Positions 59,223-64,000 of a stretch of 64,000 nucleotides of DNA are shown piece by piece. The notes below the pieces were generated by a model. It did no database searches. It was not told where the DNA came from and saw only the letters and a list, made by a program, of their open reading frames with translations. Location: assembly GCA_950097015.1 (NCBI GenBank), contig CATNEN010000014.1:434001-498000 (forward strand). Direction: 5' to 3'. The DNA comes from Macrostomum hystrix. Taxonomy: Eukaryota > Animalia > Platyhelminthes. A program made the translations under genes and the position numbers. Numbering within the stretch: position 1 is the first letter of the stretch; each line of letters opens with the position of its first letter.

Positions 59223-61432
59223 TTTTTAATGCTAATGACAATGTAGGGCCAAGTTCCCCAATCATACATTCGCAACCTCCCAAATCTTAGCCGGCTGTGC
59301 AACTTAGTTTTTGCTCTATTTACCACTTAGTTTGCTCTCATTTGTGACTTAGTTTGTTTCATTGCTCTATTTACGACTTAGTTTGCTCTCATTTGCTCTC
59401 TTTTTCTCTCCCCTTTTTCCTTTTCTTCACGTCTTTCTTTTTTGTCCCTTGGTCCCCCCTTTGATTTTTTTGTGCTTGGTTGATTGGTTTTTGCAACTTA
59501 GGCCTACCTTGTTTGGCCCTCGTTTCACCCAGCCGGGTCGGCCGGGTGTTGCGTATGTATGTCCCCAATAGACAATTTATAATGAAAATTTATAACTAGG
59601 CCTAAGCCACCTAAAGCAGATTTTTATTCATTGCACAGCTATGTAATAACTATCAACTATCCAGTTTTGAATAGGGCCTAATTAAATTAATTTTTGTACC
59701 TGACATGTAAATGACTAGGCCATGTTTTTACATGCTATTAAATCTGAACCATATATTATGCCCACTTATTTTCCCTATTGTTTTAAGTGTTATTTAGGTA
59801 GATGGCATCTGGCAAAGTTTTGTTTGCTATCATGGTGCATTATTGGTCATTGGTGCAGTCAATAGATCATGATACTGAAACTTGACTCATTTTGTGCTAT
59901 AACTGCTATAGTGTTTAGGCCTACAGTGGTCAGTGTAATCCCAAGTAGCATGTAACTGGAAGAAGTCAATAGCAAATGAAAAATCATCAGATTGATCAAA
60001 ATTCGTTAAGTGCAATGACATTGTCCATGCCACCTTATAATTTCAAAATTGCCATGACAGCCTATCCACATCACCATGTTCAGAATCAGAGGATTAGGCC
60101 TACTTTAGCACGCTGTGTACACTAGTTGAAAAATTATTCCAATAGGCTTATTTTACATAGATTCAGGTCATTTTTTCTACTACTATTTTTTCTAATGGAT
60201 AATTTATCAACTAATAGGTTGTCCAAAAATATTTAGATTCCTGGTCACATTGGCAAAATATGCATTTATTTATTGCTCATTTTGTCCAATAAAATATTAT
60301 AAAAGAGAATTTTTCTGGTATTGCAATTAAAACTTAATTAAAAGTTGTTACCAAGGTACACACCTTTATAATTGCTTTTATATGCGAAACAATTATACAC
60401 AGTCCTTAGGGTACATACCTAGATTACCTATCTAGGTGCATCTGGGGCAGGGAAACACGCTTAGCTAAAAACTAGCAATTTTTTACAAATTTGTTGTTCC
60501 CATCCAAGTTAGGACTTAGGAGTCTAAGAATTAGTCTTAGTCTAAGTCTTAGTCTGGGCTTCTTAAACTTTAATTCTAAAAAATGACTTTATGTTTTCCT
60601 ATTGACTTGAAACTTCACCCACTGTCTTGGGTTGTCTTTGAGTCTGCCTGTAGGATGTAGCTTTAAAAATGTACAAGTTTGCTTATAGTTTTTATGAAAA
60701 AGAAAATTTAAATTTTGTCTTGATTTACCTTCCTTTATTAGCAATAAGAGCTTTATTGCAAGGATTTAGTTGTTGCTGTCATTAGTCACCATTGTCAGGG
60801 TGACTGATTCAGATAATATTTGGGTGCCCAAAAAGTCTTTAAGCATTAGGCTCACCCTATAATAAATAGTATTAATTTCAATAGGTCCCCATGTCTCTTA
60901 TTATTCAGTTAAATCCTATTTATTATTCACAGAAAGTTTACCTGATCCAAAACCACATGGTCCCACTTTGTGTGATGTTCCTATGTATTAGGTATTAGGG
61001 TCTTTGTAAAAGCCTGTTGGCTAAATGCCATCCAATTATAAATATGAGTAATTGTCAATGGGTCCCCTACACTCTATTGAAGTTTGATCAGGACTATTTA
61101 TTCTCCCAAGTTCTCTCCAAAACACCCAACAAAAATTTTCTTAAAAAGAGTGTAGGGGACAACTGGTTTTCTTTTTTGCACTCAGCACCCCCAAAAGACA
61201 GACATAGAACTACCTAAGTCCTAAATTATCCTATTGTCATATTATACTCGTCAATGTTTGTTTTTCAAGCAAGGCTTTCTCAAGATTATTTATGCGCTAG
61301 CCGAACTTGACGAAATAATTAGTATAGCTAACTTTTAAGTTCTTGTTTAGGCGAATAAAAAACCAGATGGCAATGTGTAATTTGCTTTCAAAATGGCCTA
61401 AAAGAGTTCTGTTTTTGTGTTCGGCAGACTTC

Positions 61433-63738
61433 ATGAGCATCAGCCTAGCAGCGGCTGCTGCCAATGCAACCGCTGAGCCTTCGCCATTCACGGCGACTGA
61501 AGATCCTGGAGGGGTCAGTGGCATGCCGCTGTCGAACTTCAGCACCAGCTCACCATCGCTGCTGGATTCAATGGGTGCGGTAGTCGGCCGCAGCTTCGTG
61601 CTGGCCATGCTGATGGCGGCCTCCTGCTGCACCAATGTTCTGCTTATTGTTGTCTTGCAGTACAGCCGCACCCTACGGCGGCGCTCAGTCTACCGCCTCA
61701 TCTGCAATGTGTGCGTGGTAAACGGCTTGGACACCCTGCTGAACTGCACTGTGGCCTTGGGCGCCTCCATCGCCAATGGCTGGCCCCACCCCGACTGGGC
61801 CTGCCGCATGAGCGCCTTTGCCGTGTCCATGGTTGACCACCTGTGGCTATTTAGCCTTCTGCTGCTGGCATCGGACCGGCTGTGGGCTCTGCGCGATCTG
61901 GACAGCTACAGGCGCAGATTCCGTGTGGCGCCCGTCAGCCTGGCCGCATTCTCAATGTGGGCTGCGGCGCTAGCGCTTGCCCTGCCGCCCGCCGCCGCAC
62001 CGCTGACTGTGCCCAGCTCCTTTGTAGCTGGCCGCTTCGTGTGCGGTGTCGGTCCGGCCGCGCCGCTGGCCTACGTGGTGAGCTGCCTTTGTTTTGGCTT
62101 CCTAGTGCCCTTCGCCAGCCTGTGCTCTGTCTATGTGGCGATTGTCACCATTGGCGCCAAGGAGAGCGAGCGGCGCGGCGCCATGCAGAGCTCTACCGGC
62201 TACAGCCAGGACCGCGTGGCTGTGCCTCAGGTTAGCAGAAAGCTAATAAGCCATTTTCCTCTCTTAGTTTAGCCAGATCTGAAAAAAGTTTGCCTCCGCA
62301 ATCTTATAACCCACCAATTTGAATGCCATATCTGCCCAAACTGCAGACTTGGTCAGACTTAAACCTAGCCAAGATGACTGGCGGCCTGCTCGCAGCATGG
62401 ATCCTCCTGGCCGGGCCCTACACTGTGGCAATCAGCATCGACCGGATCAAAAACTCTCTGGAGCTGCGCGACACTCTCAACAGGCTGCGCGACTCCACGG
62501 ACCCCACAGTCGAGACCGTCCTGTTCTGGCTGCGCGTCGCCTTCGGCACCGCCTGTCCCTGTCTGGTGCTGGCTGTGCGGCCCGATGTGCGCAGGAAGCT
62601 CGGCCACCTCGTCATCTGCAAGACGCCCAAGTCAAGCAATCACGTAACTGACGGGCCTCGCCTACTGCCCGGCGGTGGCGTCGGAGGTGAATTGAACGGT
62701 TTCCATACAGACGTGAATGCGACTGGTACTGACTCGGCTCGGACTGGCGACGCGGCCCTGACGACTTTGTCGGACCAGGCTGCTGATGCTGTGTCCCCGG
62801 CAGATGCCAGTGATGACCAACTCGCTGCTGAGACGGACCTTGCTGAGCCCGGTGAGACGCTGCGGGTGCCTGTTCTTTTCGCTACCGACCGAGGCCTGCA
62901 CATGGAGGTGAGCTATGCATCTCAGTAGTTATAAATTATATTTTGTGCTAAAATTATATTGACTTGACCACAAGAACATACGCCACTTCAGAATGGCTAC
63001 CCGCCTGTCGTTTGCGACGTCGCCGACTCTGTGGTAGATATTCGTCAGACAGCGTTATCAGCGCATGAGAAGCAGCAACAGCAGCAGGTCAGTGCGGTGA
63101 CCAGTGATCACAGTGGCGACGAGGCAGAGCCCGCTGCCGATGCGACCAGCGACTACGAGTCAGCTTCGAGGCAGCAGCGGCAGCCGGATGAGTCGCAGAG
63201 GCCAAGGCGAAAGAAGAGCGGCGGCATTCAGGAGCCGTCAGAGCAGAAGCAGAAGAAAAAGCGAAAGAAAAAAGGTGCTGCTGCAGTTGTTGAGGCCGAG
63301 GCGCCCGCTGCAGACTCTAGCTTCAACAGCCAGTCCGGGCTGCTGCTCGCCACAAGTGAACTCCCCGACGCTCCTGGCGGTGACGCCACGGCATCCACTG
63401 CAAAGCGGCGGCCGCGCAGGGTGCGCCAGAACTCTGTAGAGCCGCCACCGCCGCCACAGCAGCAGCAACAGCAGCAGTTGCAGGCTCTTCCCCCGTGCAT
63501 CACAAAGTCGCCAGTCCGGCCGAAACCGCGCTCTGATTTGCCCGAGGCTGCCGGAGATGACTTGTCGACTCCCAGGGAAGAAGCCACAGAAATGACGGTG
63601 CTGCCCACTTCGCGGCTGCCTCCGCCGCAGCCGGAGCCGCCTCTGAAGAAAAAGCGGAAGCGGAGAGCGTCTCGACCGCTGCCGTTGATGCCTCAGCCTG
63701 TGCAGGACAATAGCGGCTTCATTGCTGGTGACGCTTGA
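61433..63738 (+). CDS. Orphan class-A (rhodopsin-like) GPCR with a long C-terminal tail; exons 61433-62230, 62347-62907, 62992-63738 (3' end may continue)
   Basis: N-glycosylation sites NAT and NFS, seven hydrophobic segments, TM3 LASDRL, disulphide Cys (WAC, FVC) and a helix-8-like VRRKLGHL. Phase-0 GT-AG junctions. Confidence 0.8.
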
Positions 63739-64000
63739 CTCTTCATTGGGTCTGACTATTCCCGTTGCCTGCTGCTGGCGGTCAGCTTTTGTACACCAAG
63801 AGAAAAAGGAAGTTTTCAGCTAATGAGATCAGAATATTCTTCTGTAGGGGCTGAACCGACCTATGCTTTCCGCTGCTGTTTTGCAATAAAGTGTGGTCTG
63901 CGATTCGCAGTTTCATTCAGCCGCCGCAGCCATTCGAAAAGGCCTGTTTTGGTCACGTATTTCTCTTGCATTGTTTGAAAAATCTCTGCGTCTATTCGCC

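Overview
Eukaryotic (animal) genomic DNA with GC-rich exons. Short introns are 71-110 nt and long introns are filled with unrelated minisatellites. This style fits a flatworm-type genome, but that is inference only. Host genes reconstructed by hand from splice sites: PTPA, PPIL2 (one GC-AG intron), PDCD6/ALG-2, a dispersed C2H2 zinc-finger protein, PSMG1 and a 79-aa membrane protein, all on the minus strand. SLC38A11 lies on the plus strand with a very divergent beta-tubulin-like gene nested antisense in intron 5, followed by an orphan rhodopsin-like GPCR. The centrepiece is a complete, apparently intact 14,120-bp Polinton/Maverick (adintovirus-type) endogenous DNA virus at 30466-44585. It has AGTAGT...ACTACT termini, ~486-bp TIRs and a 6-bp CCAGTC target-site duplication, and it is inserted into a 48-bp minisatellite. 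It encodes an integrase, protein-primed PolB, adenain-like protease, packaging ATPase, major and minor capsid proteins, a parvovirus-type PLA2, an adenovirus pX-like protein and four to five uncharacterised proteins. Many of the long ORFs in the supplied track are artefacts of tandem repeats. No database searches were run; homologies come from recognised motifs.
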